From contig JAJFHE010000015.1 of NCBI GenBank assembly GCA_021775755.1, positions 49,839-113,838 on the forward strand: 64,000 bases of DNA, written 5' to 3'. This document shows positions 40,509-50,788 of the stretch, one piece after another (position 1 is the first letter of the stretch; each line of letters opens with the position of its first letter). Made by a program: the position numbers and the translations under genes. Under the pieces are notes generated by a model. The model was not told the DNA's origin. It saw nothing but the letters and a program-made list of their open reading frames with translations, and ran no database searches. This DNA is from Hyphomicrobiales bacterium (GTDB taxonomy: Bacteria; Pseudomonadota; Alphaproteobacteria; Rhizobiales; JAJFHB01).

Positions 40509-41408
40509 TCACGACGTCCCTCTTTCCTTCAGGGCGCGTATAAAGTCTGAATGTTCGCTCGCAAAATTGCCACTGACACGCTGGCCCGGCGCAACGGAGC
40601 GGGTCACCACGGCGCCGGCGGTTACGTTCGCACCGTCGCCGACCGTTATCCGGTCTATGAGGACCGCGCCCGGCCCGATCACCGCATGGGTGCCGACTTC
40701 CGTGTTGCCGGCGACGACGGCGCCGTGGCCGATCAGGCAATGGGACCCGACCCTGCAGTTGTGGGAAACGAACGCGCCATTGCCGATTCTGCAGTCCTTG
40801 CCGATCACCGTTGCCTGCCTGAAGACAGCCCGGGCGATAACCGCGTTCGCCATCACGGTGGTTCCATCGCCGATCACAACCGAACCCGCGTGCTCGACAT
40901 CGATCATGCCGGCCTCGGTGCCGAGGGTCTGAAAGCCGCTGCCGCCGATGACCGCGCCGGGCATGATATGGACCCCATGCCCCAGTTTTGAACCCTGCAG
41001 AACCACGGCACCCGCGCCGACCCGGCAGTCTGGACCGATGACAACGCCGTGCTTATCGATATGCGCCTTCGGATGAATTTCCGCGCCTGGATCGATATCG
41101 TTGACGTTGGCGGTTTCGTAAAAGTCTGTTTTGGTCGCCAGATGATTGTGCAACCTGACGAACGCACGATCAGGCTCCGGGGCAGTCGCCACGCCAAGCC
41201 CGTCCCTCCAGCCAAAGTCAGAAAGTTCGGTGCTAACGAGAACAGCAGATATTCCAGGGGCCGTATCTGCCAGGGCGGCGAACTCTTCGGTTTTGGCGAA
41301 CACCAGCCGGTGTTCCAATTCGATGTCGACAAAGCCCAGAGAGCTGACTTCCGCTTCACGCACCAGATCCAAGTCGCCAATGCGGCAAAGCTTGGACAGT
41401 TCAGCCAT
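40509..41408 (-). CDS. LpxD-like hexapeptide-repeat N-acyltransferase (divergent paralog)
   Basis: LpxD-type N-terminal domain ending EPDRAF, hexapeptide repeats, VIGGSGF, catalytic-His region FVSHNC. Confidence 0.75.
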   Translation of the reverse strand: MAELSKLCRIGDLDLVREAEVSSLGFVDIELEHRLVFAKTEEFAALADTAPGISAVLVSTELSDFGWRDGLGVATAPEPDRAFVRLHNHLATKTDFYETANVNDIDPGAEIHPKAHIDKHGVVIGPDCRVGAGAVVLQGSKLGHGVHIMPGAVIGGSGFQTLGTEAGMIDVEHAGSVVIGDGTTVMANAVIARAVFRQATVIGKDCRIGNGAFVSHNCRVGSHCLIGHGAVVAGNTEVGTHAVIGPGAVLIDRITVGDGANVTAGAVVTRSVAPGQRVSGNFASEHSDFIRALKERGTS

Positions 41409-42366
41409 TTGCCACGTTGGTGATCTTCAGGGCGCGCGCGGCCTCGCCATCGATCAGTTGTGAGATCTGCTCGGCGACCTTAAGGACCCGTGCCGCATTC
41501 GATGGTCCCTTCAGCGCACCGGCTCCGGTCAAGACGGCTTGCGCGAAGTCGCTAAACTGGTCGACCAGAGGATTGTTTGCCTGAAGGGTTACATCGCCGG
41601 TTCTTGTGGACAGCGTCTGAGAAAGCAAATCAAGTTCCAGCCGATCGGCGCTGCGTGACGCAAGCGTGATCTCCCGCGACTGTTTCGAGCTGTCGAAACC
41701 AGCGCACAACCGGGCCGTAAATCCTCCGGCAAAACCCAAAGACGCGCGAACAAGCCCCGTGTCCGCCCCGTGTCCGGAATGCGCCGCCACGAACAGCGGC
41801 GCGGTGCCTGCGATCGCTATGGCATGATCGATGTCATGGACCATCAACTCCAGCACGGGGTCGGCATCATAGGTGCGCGCGCGATGTCTGGATATGCGCC
41901 GCGCGGTCATGGTTGCCGGATCCGGCAGAGCATTGACCGTATGCCGCAGTGCCGCATCGAACCGTTCGAGATACCCCGCCTGCAGGACCAAACCACGGTC
42001 GCAGGCGGTGTGCATCAGCAACCGGGCTTGCGCCGAATCTGTGCCGAACGGTTTTTCCAGCAACACATGCAAACCCAAGTCCAGACACTCAAGCGCGACT
42101 TTTGTCTGCTCATGCGGCGGAACGGCGATGCTTACAGCGTCGACGCTCATCGATAACTGCGCGATATCGGGTGCGGCGGCGCTATCGAATGCCAGTGCCA
42201 GGCCCCGTGCCCGGGTGGGAACAATATCGCAGAGCGCGGCAAGCTCGACATTCGGGAGTTGTTGCCAGCATTTCGCATGGACAAAGCCGAACGAGCCGCA
42301 GCCAATGACCCCTATTCGCAGAGTACTGTTTTGCAGTTTCGCAGGTTTCAAGTTCTCGCCCATCAT
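41401..42366 (-). CDS. Gfo/Idh/MocA oxidoreductase (GnnA/WbpB-like sugar dehydrogenase)
   Basis: IGCGSFG, HVLLEKP, GYLERF, ELMVHDID; ATGA overlap with the aminotransferase stop. Confidence 0.85.
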   Translation of the reverse strand: MMGENLKPAKLQNSTLRIGVIGCGSFGFVHAKCWQQLPNVELAALCDIVPTRARGLALAFDSAAAPDIAQLSMSVDAVSIAVPPHEQTKVALECLDLGLHVLLEKPFGTDSAQARLLMHTACDRGLVLQAGYLERFDAALRHTVNALPDPATMTARRISRHRARTYDADPVLELMVHDIDHAIAIAGTAPLFVAAHSGHGADTGLVRASLGFAGGFTARLCAGFDSSKQSREITLASRSADRLELDLLSQTLSTRTGDVTLQANNPLVDQFSDFAQAVLTGAGALKGPSNAARVLKVAEQISQLIDGEAARALKITNVANG

Positions 42367-43487
42367 GCGGTTGTTTGATCGCAAGTATTCCGTACCGCAT
42401 CGGCGATCTGCGCCATGTGCTCTTGCGAAAGCTCATCATGTACAGGCAACGACAGTAATTCAACAGACAGGCGATTCGTAACCGGTAATTCACCGGATGC
42501 GAAATTTTCGTCGTAATAGGGCTGCGCGTTGATTCCGGTTCGGTAGTAAACCGCAGTCTCGATACCCGACCTCGACAACGCCGCCGCGAGGCCATCGCGG
42601 CCCGTGCCGAAGTTCCGCGGTTCGATGCGCACCGCAAATTGATGCCATGCATGGGTCGCCCCGGGCGTTATTGCCTGACAATGAAGACCTGGAATATCAG
42701 CAAGTGCATTTTGCAGATACCGGGCGTTGCTACGGCGGCGGGCAGCCATCGCATCGAAACGCTTCAGCTGTGCAGCACCGATGGCGCCCTGCAATTCCAT
42801 CATCCGGTAATTGCTGCCCCGCTCCACCCACAGCCCGCGATGGTCCATGCCGTGATTTCTCATCCTCGCGAGCCTGTCGGCGAGGGCGTCATCGCCGGTG
42901 CACACCATCCCGCCTTCGCCGAGATAGAGATTTTTCGTCGCATAGAACGAGTAGCACGTCATCAGGGGCCAGCCCGCAACATCGCTCCCCTGCACTGCCG
43001 CACCGTGCGCCTGAGCCGCGTCCCAGATGATGTCAAGACCGTGGGTTTTGGCAAACTCGGCTGTTGCCGCCGGGTCGCAAGGATTGCCGAAAAGATGAAC
43101 TGGCAGAATGACGCGCGTGCGCGCAGATAGTCTTGCGGCGGCATCTTCAAGATCGATGAGCCAGGTTTCAGGATCGACATCGCAGGCAACCGGAATGGCG
43201 CCGGCTTCAACGACCGCCGAAGCGGTCGCGATAAATGTCAGCCCCGGAATGAGCACCTCGTCGCCAGGACGCACGACAGCCTGTAGCGCGAGGCGAAGTG
43301 CGGCGGTACCGCTGGAACAGGTGACCGCATGGCGCACGCCGAATTTCGCGGACCAGGCTTCCTCGAAGTCCCTAACCCGCTCGCCCTGCGCCAGATTTCC
43401 CGAGCGAAGCACATCGACCGCGGCTTCGATTTCCGCATCCGCGATCGCGCAGGCGTACATCGGAATGCGGGTGGTGTTTCCGGCCAT
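42363..43487 (-). CDS. DegT/DnrJ/EryC1/StrS PLP-dependent sugar aminotransferase
   Basis: SSGTAAL, TFIATA, PVHLFG, DAAQAHG, SFYATKNL, GEGG, GSNYRM, LSLPVH; ATG 43487. Confidence 0.92.
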   Translation of the reverse strand: MAGNTTRIPMYACAIADAEIEAAVDVLRSGNLAQGERVRDFEEAWSAKFGVRHAVTCSSGTAALRLALQAVVRPGDEVLIPGLTFIATASAVVEAGAIPVACDVDPETWLIDLEDAAARLSARTRVILPVHLFGNPCDPAATAEFAKTHGLDIIWDAAQAHGAAVQGSDVAGWPLMTCYSFYATKNLYLGEGGMVCTGDDALADRLARMRNHGMDHRGLWVERGSNYRMMELQGAIGAAQLKRFDAMAARRRSNARYLQNALADIPGLHCQAITPGATHAWHQFAVRIEPRNFGTGRDGLAAALSRSGIETAVYYRTGINAQPYYDENFASGELPVTNRLSVELLSLPVHDELSQEHMAQIADAVRNTCDQTTA

Positions 43488-43790
43488 GCCGCCGATTTTT
43501 CCCTTGAGGTTTGCCGGAGCGCGGAAAGCAATGGGGTCAGCAAACAGGATACGCGCCGTTGCGGCAAGCAGAACCGGTGCGGGAGGCCGCCCGCAGAGTA
43601 AAAACCGTTTCGGGTTTCCGGGATTACTCACAACGCCCTGCTGAAAGGCCGAGCGATGCCGCCAATACCCAGATGGCCTGTCCCGCCGCAACAACCGTTG
43701 AAGATCAAGGTAGTGCTGCTCCCGGGTAGCGCCATCGGGACCGGATTGCTATACCGCTGCGGCAAACGAATTTGAAGGAGATTAGGTGCC

Positions 43791-44603
43791 ATGCGGATTG
43801 CAATCATGGGTGCGGGCGGGCGCATGGGGCGGACGCTGGCCCGTCTGGTGCACGAACGCGACGGCTGCGAACTGGCCGGCGGCATCGAAGTGGAAGGCTC
43901 TCCGGCGCTTGGGCAGGACATCGGCACCCTGGCCGGCATCGGCGAAATCGGGATAAGCGTCGAAGACGATCCCTTGCACCTTTTTACCCGCATCGACGGT
44001 GTTCTCGATTTTACGACACCTCAATCGAGCGTCGCCTGCGTTGAACTCGCCGCACAGGCGCGCATTGTTCATGTCGTGGGAACCACCGGCTTCGATGCCG
44101 ACCAGGACAAGAAGTTCGACGCCGCCTCGCGCCATGCCCGCATAATCAAGTCCGGCAACATGAGCCTTGGTGTCAATCTGCTGGCGGCGCTCGTCAAGAA
44201 AGTCGCGGCTGCACTCGACCCGTCTTTCGATATCGAAGTGCTGGAAATGCACCACCGCGCGAAGGTCGACGCGCCGTCGGGCACCGCGCTGCTGCTCGGT
44301 AACGCAGCTGCGGACGGGCGCGGGGTCGACCTGGACGAGACCGCGGTGCGCTCGCGCGACGGCATTACCGGGGCCCGCCGCGACGGCGATATCGGCTTTG
44401 CGACGCTCAGGGGCGGCAGCGTCGTCGGCGAACACAGCGTCATCTTTGCTGGACCATCAGAACGCATCACGCTTTCGCACATGGCGGAATCGCGCGAGAT
44501 CTTTGCCCATGGCGCCGTTACTGCGGCACTTTGGGGATTTGACCGCAAACCGGGCCTGTACTCTATGTCGGATGTTCTTGGCCTCGAGGACATCACTGCT
44601 TAA
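43791..44603 (+). CDS. dapB: 4-hydroxy-tetrahydrodipicolinate reductase
   Basis: [26 protein letters not shown]. Confidence 0.97.
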   Translation: MRIAIMGAGGRMGRTLARLVHERDGCELAGGIEVEGSPALGQDIGTLAGIGEIGISVEDDPLHLFTRIDGVLDFTTPQSSVACVELAAQARIVHVVGTTGFDADQDKKFDAASRHARIIKSGNMSLGVNLLAALVKKVAAALDPSFDIEVLEMHHRAKVDAPSGTALLLGNAAADGRGVDLDETAVRSRDGITGARRDGDIGFATLRGGSVVGEHSVIFAGPSERITLSHMAESREIFAHGAVTAALWGFDRKPGLYSMSDVLGLEDITA

Positions 44604-44628
44604 GCCCCGACCAAAAAGGACATGCGCT

Positions 44629-45252
44629 ATGGACCGTCTTCTCGTGCTCGTACGTCACGGGCAGAGCGAGTGGAATCTGAAAAACCTGTTCACCGGGTGG
44701 GAAGATCCCGATCTGACCGAAAAGGGTGTGGATGAGGCGGTCGCAGCCGGCCATATTCTCAAAAAACGGGGCTTTGCGTTCGACATCGCCTATACGAGCC
44801 ATCTGATCCGGGCGCAGCGCACCTTGACCCTGATGCTTGAAGGGCTGCAGCAAACCGATCTCGAGACGGTACGCGAGCAGGCCCTTAACGAGCGCGACTA
44901 CGGCGACCTCACTGGCCTCAACAAGGATGATGCGCGCGAGCGTTGGGGCAAGGAACAGGTGCATGTGTGGCGCCGCTCCTACGATACGCCGCCGCCGGGC
45001 GGCGAAAGCCTGAAAGATACGGCAGCGCGGGTTCTGCCCTACTACATCACCAACATTCTGCCCGATGTGATGGCCGGCAAACGCGTCATCATCTCGGCCC
45101 ACGGCAATTCGCTTCGCGCACTTGTCATGGTGCTCGACCGCATGTCGACGGAGGAGATTACCGGCCTCAATCTCGGCACCGGCGTACCGCTCATCTACCG
45201 ACTGAACGCGGATACGAGCGTTGCGTCCAAGGAAGTACTGGGCGAAAGCTAG
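44629..45252 (+). CDS. gpmA: 2,3-bisphosphoglycerate-dependent phosphoglycerate mutase
   Basis: [29 protein letters not shown]; ATG 44629. Confidence 0.96.
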   Translation: MDRLLVLVRHGQSEWNLKNLFTGWEDPDLTEKGVDEAVAAGHILKKRGFAFDIAYTSHLIRAQRTLTLMLEGLQQTDLETVREQALNERDYGDLTGLNKDDARERWGKEQVHVWRRSYDTPPPGGESLKDTAARVLPYYITNILPDVMAGKRVIISAHGNSLRALVMVLDRMSTEEITGLNLGTGVPLIYRLNADTSVASKEVLGES

Positions 45253-45262
45253 AGGCGCGCGT

Positions 45263-46168
45263 TCACGCCGCTTCCGTCAGGCCCGCCTCCCAACCGAGAA
45301 TGGCCTGTTTGCGGGTCAGGCCCCAGTGGTAGCCGCAGAGATTTCCCGATTTGCCGAGCACCCGGTGACAGGGTACGACGAAGGAGATCGGATTGCGCCC
45401 CACTGCTGAGCCGACGGCGCGAGCCGCACTAGGTTTGCCGAGATGGCCGGCGATGTTGGAATAGGTGGTGGCGCGGCCGACCGGAATGCGCAGCAACGTC
45501 TCCCAAACTCTTATCTCAAAGTCCGTGCCGATAAGCACGACACGCAGCGGCTGATCCTCCTGCCACAGCTCGGGATGGAATATGCGTTCGGCAAAACGCC
45601 CGGTGGCCGCAGCATCGCGGCGGTAAGTTGCGCGCGGCCAGCGCGACATCATGTCGTCAAGCGCTGCCGTCTCGCCGCCCTCGTCCGCAAAGGCCAGGCC
45701 CGCAAGTCCGTGTTCGGTTACCATGACAAGCGCACGACCGAACGGCGAGGGATGGAAGTCATAAGTAATTTCAACGCCCTCGCCTTTTGCCTTGTAGACA
45801 CCGGGCGTCATCGCCTCGTGGGTAACGAACAGATCGTGCAGGCGGCCGGGGCCCGACAGCCCCACCTCATAGGTCGCATCGAGCACGCTTGCACTGTCGC
45901 GCAGGAGTTGCCGGGCGCGGTCAAGCGTGATCGCCTGAATGAACTGCTTGGGCGAGATGCCCGCCCAGCGGGTGAAGACTTTTTGATAGTGCGTCGGGCT
46001 CATGCCCGCGTGGGAGGCGATTTCCTCCAAAGTCGGCTGATCGCGCCAGTGATCCGACAAGAACTCAATTGTGCCGCGGACAAGCTCATAATCCTGCGGC
46101 TGCAAGGTTTGCGAGGGCTGGTCTGTCATGGCGAAATCAACCGCGCTTTCTTCACTAATGTTCAACAT
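45263..46168 (-). CDS. ada: Ada-like AraC-HTH / O6-methylguanine-DNA methyltransferase
   Basis: FTRWAGISPKQF HTH, GTDFEIRVW, ARAVG, active site VPCHRV; GGAG RBS before ATG 46168. Confidence 0.88.
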   Translation of the reverse strand: MLNISEESAVDFAMTDQPSQTLQPQDYELVRGTIEFLSDHWRDQPTLEEIASHAGMSPTHYQKVFTRWAGISPKQFIQAITLDRARQLLRDSASVLDATYEVGLSGPGRLHDLFVTHEAMTPGVYKAKGEGVEITYDFHPSPFGRALVMVTEHGLAGLAFADEGGETAALDDMMSRWPRATYRRDAAATGRFAERIFHPELWQEDQPLRVVLIGTDFEIRVWETLLRIPVGRATTYSNIAGHLGKPSAARAVGSAVGRNPISFVVPCHRVLGKSGNLCGYHWGLTRKQAILGWEAGLTEAA

Positions 46169-46248
46169 GGCGGGCTCCAGAGAGGTTGTGATTTGTTGTA
46201 CCTCTTTTGTCATGGCCCGGCGGTGTGCAGCCACCCGATTCTTGTCCG

Positions 46249-46728
46249 TTAGCGATGATCCGCCAGGGCATTGCGGAGCATGTCGGCAAACTCGCGCCGC
46301 TCCTCGGAAGACAGGAACGAAGCGATCTCGAGCACGCGCCCGTGCGAGCGCAGCCGGAGCGGTCCGCAGTCAAGCTCGCGCTCTTCAAGTTCCACACGGA
46401 CCCAGTAGGGCTGGAAGCTCCAGGTCGTAACCTTACCGTTCGCCCTGCAGTGCGAAACGGTAACTTTTTCCGCGGTTATTTCAATGTCTTCCCACACGCG
46501 CGCCGATGCGTAGTTCAAGCGGAACGCAATATAGATCAACGCCACGTCGAGGCCGAAAAAGAAGAACACCGGCCAGGCGCCGGCAATCCAGAACACGATG
46601 CCCGTAACAAAACTCACGAGGGCGACCAGCGCCATGAGGATCAAAAATCCCCGGCGGCCGAGGCTGCGATGCGGTGTCAGGCGCATGGCGAAGGCCGGGC
46701 CTTCATTGGACGTGTCTGCTTGCGGCAT
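46249..46728 (-). CDS. DUF2244 membrane protein
   Basis: LTPHRSL, GAWPV..FFGLDV, FLSSEER; usual neighbour of nth. Confidence 0.85.
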   Translation of the reverse strand: MPQADTSNEGPAFAMRLTPHRSLGRRGFLILMALVALVSFVTGIVFWIAGAWPVFFFFGLDVALIYIAFRLNYASARVWEDIEITAEKVTVSHCRANGKVTTWSFQPYWVRVELEERELDCGPLRLRSHGRVLEIASFLSSEERREFADMLRNALADHR

Positions 46729-46833
46729 GTTTATGCACAACCCCTCGGCGCCGGCAGCTTGGCCACGCATGCGTTTCGCGTACACTATGCCACAGCGCTT
46801 CGCGACCCGTCACCTCAGGCAAATTTCGGTTCC

Positions 46834-47466
46834 ATGAACAGACAGAAAATCGCGGCAATTTTTCAACGCCTGCACGATGCCGACCCGGAACCTCAGGGCG
46901 AGCTCGACTACATCAGTCCCTACACATTGCTGGTCGCGGTGGCGCTGTCGGCACAGGCGACCGATGTCAGCGTCAACAAGGCAACCGGCCCGCTGTTCGC
47001 GCTGGCCGACACGCCTGAAAAAATGATCGCGCTTGGCGAGGCGCGGGTGCGTGACATGATCAAAACCATCGGGCTTTACCGCAACAAGGCGAAAAATGTC
47101 ATCGGGCTCTCTGAACAATTGATCGAGCGGTTTGGCGGCACTGTGCCGCAGACCCGCGACGAGCTTGAAACTCTCCCCGGTGTCGGGCGCAAGACGGCCA
47201 ATGTGGTGATGAACATCGCCTTCGGCGAGCCGACAATCGCGGTCGATACGCACATATTCAGACTTGGCAACCGAACCCGCGTCGCGCCTGGAAAGACGCC
47301 GCTCGATGTGGAACTCAAACTTGAAAAGGCCGTGCCGACAAAGTTCAAGCAACACGCCCATCACTGGCTCATTCTGCACGGACGCTACATCTGCAAGGCG
47401 CGCAAGCCGGACTGTGCGGCGTGCATCATCAACGATCTCTGCGAGTTCAAGGCCAAAGAACTTTAG
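46834..47466 (+). CDS. nth: Endonuclease III
   Basis: LSAQATD, LPGVGRKTANVV, VDTH, C-X6-C-X2-C-X5-C Fe-S motif. Confidence 0.97.
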   Translation: MNRQKIAAIFQRLHDADPEPQGELDYISPYTLLVAVALSAQATDVSVNKATGPLFALADTPEKMIALGEARVRDMIKTIGLYRNKAKNVIGLSEQLIERFGGTVPQTRDELETLPGVGRKTANVVMNIAFGEPTIAVDTHIFRLGNRTRVAPGKTPLDVELKLEKAVPTKFKQHAHHWLILHGRYICKARKPDCAACIINDLCEFKAKEL

Positions 47467-47477
47467 GCCAAAGAGAT

Positions 47478-48146
47478 CTAGCGGGTCGCCGACCGCAGTG
47501 TCGATTTGAAGACGTGCACCATGAAAGAGGTGGCAAATAGCGGCACGAGCAGGTTGACGAAGGGAATGGCGGCAAAGAACGCGATCAGCATGCCCGACAT
47601 GAGCACCCGCCCGGAATAGGCTTCGCGCAACGCCTTGACGTCATGCGGGGGCAGATGACGCATGCCGGCAAGTTGAAAATATTCACGCCCCAGAAGATAG
47701 CCGTTGCCGGCGAGATATGCGGCAACGTTGATGCCTGGAATAAGCGCGATAAACAGCACGAAGAGATTGACGAACACGAGCAGGATCGCAAACCGTACCG
47801 CAACGCCCAGTGACTGGGAAAACGGCGGTTCGACACCTTGCGGGTCGTTGGGGTAGTGCCGCGCCTCGACCTGTTCGGCGATGCGGTCGAGGAAGAGACC
47901 GGCGAACAGAGCCGTTACCGGGCCGATGAGAAACACCATGCCGGCAATCATGCCGAGCCCGGCGATCACCGCGATCGTCGTGTTGAGCCACTCATAGGGC
48001 AGGATCGTGAAGGCCTGAAACAGCGTCTGGACACCCAGCCAGATCAGCACGAAAAGACCGATTGTCAGGCCAAGCGACTTAAACAGGACGGCCCGGAAGC
48101 CGGGCGTGAAAAGCTGCTGAAAGGCCTTGAGGGCCGCAAAGAGCAT
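47478..48146 (-). CDS. EI24/CysZ-like membrane protein
   Basis: Multi-TM, FLDRIAEQVE, NGYLLGREYF. Confidence 0.8.
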   Translation of the reverse strand: MLFAALKAFQQLFTPGFRAVLFKSLGLTIGLFVLIWLGVQTLFQAFTILPYEWLNTTIAVIAGLGMIAGMVFLIGPVTALFAGLFLDRIAEQVEARHYPNDPQGVEPPFSQSLGVAVRFAILLVFVNLFVLFIALIPGINVAAYLAGNGYLLGREYFQLAGMRHLPPHDVKALREAYSGRVLMSGMLIAFFAAIPFVNLLVPLFATSFMVHVFKSTLRSATR

Positions 48147-48338
48147 GGAATTGACGGATCCGGATTGATGGCGGGGCGATGCAACTGTGCCTGCAGGACT
48201 TAATGCGGTTCGTGTGGCAAAACAAGGACCGCCTGCGACCGCCTATCCGATTGCAACACGGGCGCGCGTCACTATACTCCGCGCGCGGCCGGTTGCGGCG
48301 CCTTCGTTACCGCCGGAAACACTCTTGAGGAAAATCCA

Positions 48339-49334
48339 TTGAGCGACGCAAAACTTGATGTGCTGGGCATCGGCAACGCCATCGTCGACGTGCTGGCGCG
48401 CTGTGACGACGACTTTCTGACGGCGCGGGGCCTTGCCAAGGGCGCCATGCAGCTGATCGATGAAACCGAAGCACAGGCGCTTTACGGTGCCATGGCGCCG
48501 GCGGTTGAAATCTCCGGCGGTTCGGCCGCCAACACGATCGCGGGCATTGCCTCGTTCGGCGGCAACACCGCCTTCGTCGGCAAGGTGCGCAACGATCAGC
48601 TTGGCGATGTCTTTGCACACGACATCCGCTCGCTCGGTGTCGACTACCAAACACGCGCGGCGGTAACGGGCCCGGCGACTGCGCGCTGCCTCGTTCTGGT
48701 GACGCCGGACGGTGAACGCACGCTCAACACCTATCTTGGCGCGAGCACGGCGCTCGCATCGGACGATGTGCCCGAGGATCTCATCTCAAGTGCCAAAATT
48801 ACCTATCTTGAGGGCTACCTGTGGGATCCGCCGGAAGCCAAGCAGGCTTTCCTCAAGGCGGCACGGTGCGCACGCGGCGCCGGGCGCAAAGTGGCGCTCA
48901 GCCTGTCGGACGCCTTCTGCGTTGAACGCTACTGCGATGAGTTCCTCGATCTGGTGCGCCATGACGTAGACATTCTGTTCGCCAACGAGACGGAGATCAT
49001 GTCGCTTTACCAAGTCGACACTTTCGATGAGGCGCTGCAGAAGGCACGGCACGACTGCAAACTCGCCGCCCTCACCCGCAGCGCGTCGGGATGTGTGGTT
49101 CTGTCAGGCGAGGAGCTTCATGTGGTGAATGCCCGAAAGGTCGACGAAGTTGTCGATACCACCGGAGCCGGCGATCTATTTGCAGCCGGGTTCCTTTACG
49201 GTCTTACCCGTGACAAGCCGCTGATGCGCTGCGCCGAGCTCGGCGCACTGGCTGCGGCCGAAGTGATCTCGCATATCGGTGCACGGCCTGAAACAAACCT
49301 TGGCGAACTAGCCGACGAGCTTGATCTCGACTGA
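48339..49334 (+). CDS. PfkB-family adenosine kinase
   Basis: GNAIVD, SGGSAANT, YLEGYLWD, DTTGAGD. Confidence 0.9.
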   Translation: MSDAKLDVLGIGNAIVDVLARCDDDFLTARGLAKGAMQLIDETEAQALYGAMAPAVEISGGSAANTIAGIASFGGNTAFVGKVRNDQLGDVFAHDIRSLGVDYQTRAAVTGPATARCLVLVTPDGERTLNTYLGASTALASDDVPEDLISSAKITYLEGYLWDPPEAKQAFLKAARCARGAGRKVALSLSDAFCVERYCDEFLDLVRHDVDILFANETEIMSLYQVDTFDEALQKARHDCKLAALTRSASGCVVLSGEELHVVNARKVDEVVDTTGAGDLFAAGFLYGLTRDKPLMRCAELGALAAAEVISHIGARPETNLGELADELDLD

Positions 49335-49354
49335 GAAACCAGCCGCTGCGCAAT

Positions 49355-50323
49355 TCAGAGCTTGCGCAGCGCCACCGAACCGATTTCGTGATTGTCGCCC
49401 TTGCGCAGAATGAGATCGGCACGCTGGCGGGTGGGAAGAACGTTCTCGCGCAGATTGGCGAGGTTGATGCTTTCCCAGATGCCGTTGGCAGTTTCCGATG
49501 CCTCGTCGTCACTCAGTGATGCATAGCGATGAAAGTAGGATTTCGGATTGCTGAACGCCGTGTGGCGCAGGCTGTAGAAGCGTTCGACATACCATTCGCG
49601 CAGGATGTCGACACTGGCATCGATGTAAATCGAAAAGTCGAAGAAATCGGACACATAGGGAACAGCCTTGCCGTCGCGCGGCGGCTTGCCCGTCTGCAAC
49701 ACGGTCAGGCCTTCGACGATCAGCACATCGGGCTGATCGATGCGGATGGTCTTGCCCGGCATGACATCGTAGTGAAGGTGAGAATAGACCGGCGCCTCGA
49801 CATTGCGCTTGCCGGCCTTGATGGCGGACAAAAACCGCAGCAGCGCGGGCAGGTCGTAGCTTTCGGGAAATCCCTTGCGGTTGAGAATATTCTGCTCTTC
49901 AAGTTCCACGTTCGGCAGCAGAAATCCGTCCGTCGGCACAAGATCGACTTTGGGATGATCCGGCCAGCGCGACAGCAGCGCCTGCAGAATACGTGCCGTG
50001 GTGCTCTTTCCGACCGCCACAGAACCGGCCATGCCGATAATATAGGGAACCTTGTGCTCGCCGCCGCCGAGAAATTCCTGCGTGGCGCTGTAGAGACCCT
50101 GGGTGGCGGCAACATAGAGGTTGAGCAACCGGGACAGCGGAAGGTAGATCTGCTCAACCTCCGCGATCGAAACCTGTTCGTTCAGACCGCGCAGTTCTTC
50201 AAGCTCGACTTCCGTCAGAGTGAGGGGCGTGTCGGCGCGCAACCTTGACCATTCGTTCTTCGAATAGATGCGGTAGGGCGAGAGTTCGCCGAAATCAGAG
50301 CGGTTGTCCGACTGGGCATCCAT
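49355..50323 (-). CDS. coaA: Type I pantothenate kinase
   Basis: [33 protein letters not shown]. Confidence 0.96.
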   Translation of the reverse strand: MDAQSDNRSDFGELSPYRIYSKNEWSRLRADTPLTLTEVELEELRGLNEQVSIAEVEQIYLPLSRLLNLYVAATQGLYSATQEFLGGGEHKVPYIIGMAGSVAVGKSTTARILQALLSRWPDHPKVDLVPTDGFLLPNVELEEQNILNRKGFPESYDLPALLRFLSAIKAGKRNVEAPVYSHLHYDVMPGKTIRIDQPDVLIVEGLTVLQTGKPPRDGKAVPYVSDFFDFSIYIDASVDILREWYVERFYSLRHTAFSNPKSYFHRYASLSDDEASETANGIWESINLANLRENVLPTRQRADLILRKGDNHEIGSVALRKL

Positions 50324-50330
50324 GCTGCGA

Positions 50331-50684
50331 TTACCTTTCGCCCGTCGCGACGCGGGCCGCCTTTTCAGCGTGGCCGCTGGTGCCCTGGCGCCGCGCAAGT
50401 TCGCCAAGCACATCGTCAAGCGAAATGTCCGCCGCGTGCAGTGCGACAAGTAGATGATATACGAGGTCGGCAGCTTCCGCTGTCGCGGCTTCGCGCTTTC
50501 CCGCAACCGCGGCGATGGCAAATTCCACCGCTTCTTCGCCGACTTTCTGGGCGCAAGTCTCCATCCCGCCGGCGAGAAGGGAGGCCGTATAGGACGTATC
50601 GGCCGCCGCGCCGTCGCGCGCCGCGATCAGATCGGCGAGGTCTTTCAGAACCTCCAGTCCGGCCTTATCGTCCATTTCCCGCAT
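50331..50684 (-). CDS. hisE: Phosphoribosyl-ATP pyrophosphatase
   Basis: [22 protein letters not shown]. Confidence 0.95.
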   Translation of the reverse strand: MREMDDKAGLEVLKDLADLIAARDGAAADTSYTASLLAGGMETCAQKVGEEAVEFAIAAVAGKREAATAEAADLVYHLLVALHAADISLDDVLGELARRQGTSGHAEKAARVATGER

Positions 50685-50788
50685 GTTCCCCGTAAATCAG
50701 CCTGAAATATCGCGCAATCCGCTAGCAGACTGCACGGAATGTGTCATGGCAACTTTGGTTGCACAAGTTGCACCAGACCGCAGCAAGT

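Noticed and set aside
43604-43616. ACCGTTTCGGGTT identical to part of the element 2 left arm
   Set aside because: Only 13 bp, with no partner arm or core module nearby; may be chance or a very decayed relic.
44167-47466. Track ORFs with long N-terminal extensions (gpmA 361 aa, nth 419 aa; likewise coaA, hisB, hemW)
   Set aside because: Extensions overlap neighbouring real genes and lack homology motifs; they reflect longest-ORF calling, not fusions.
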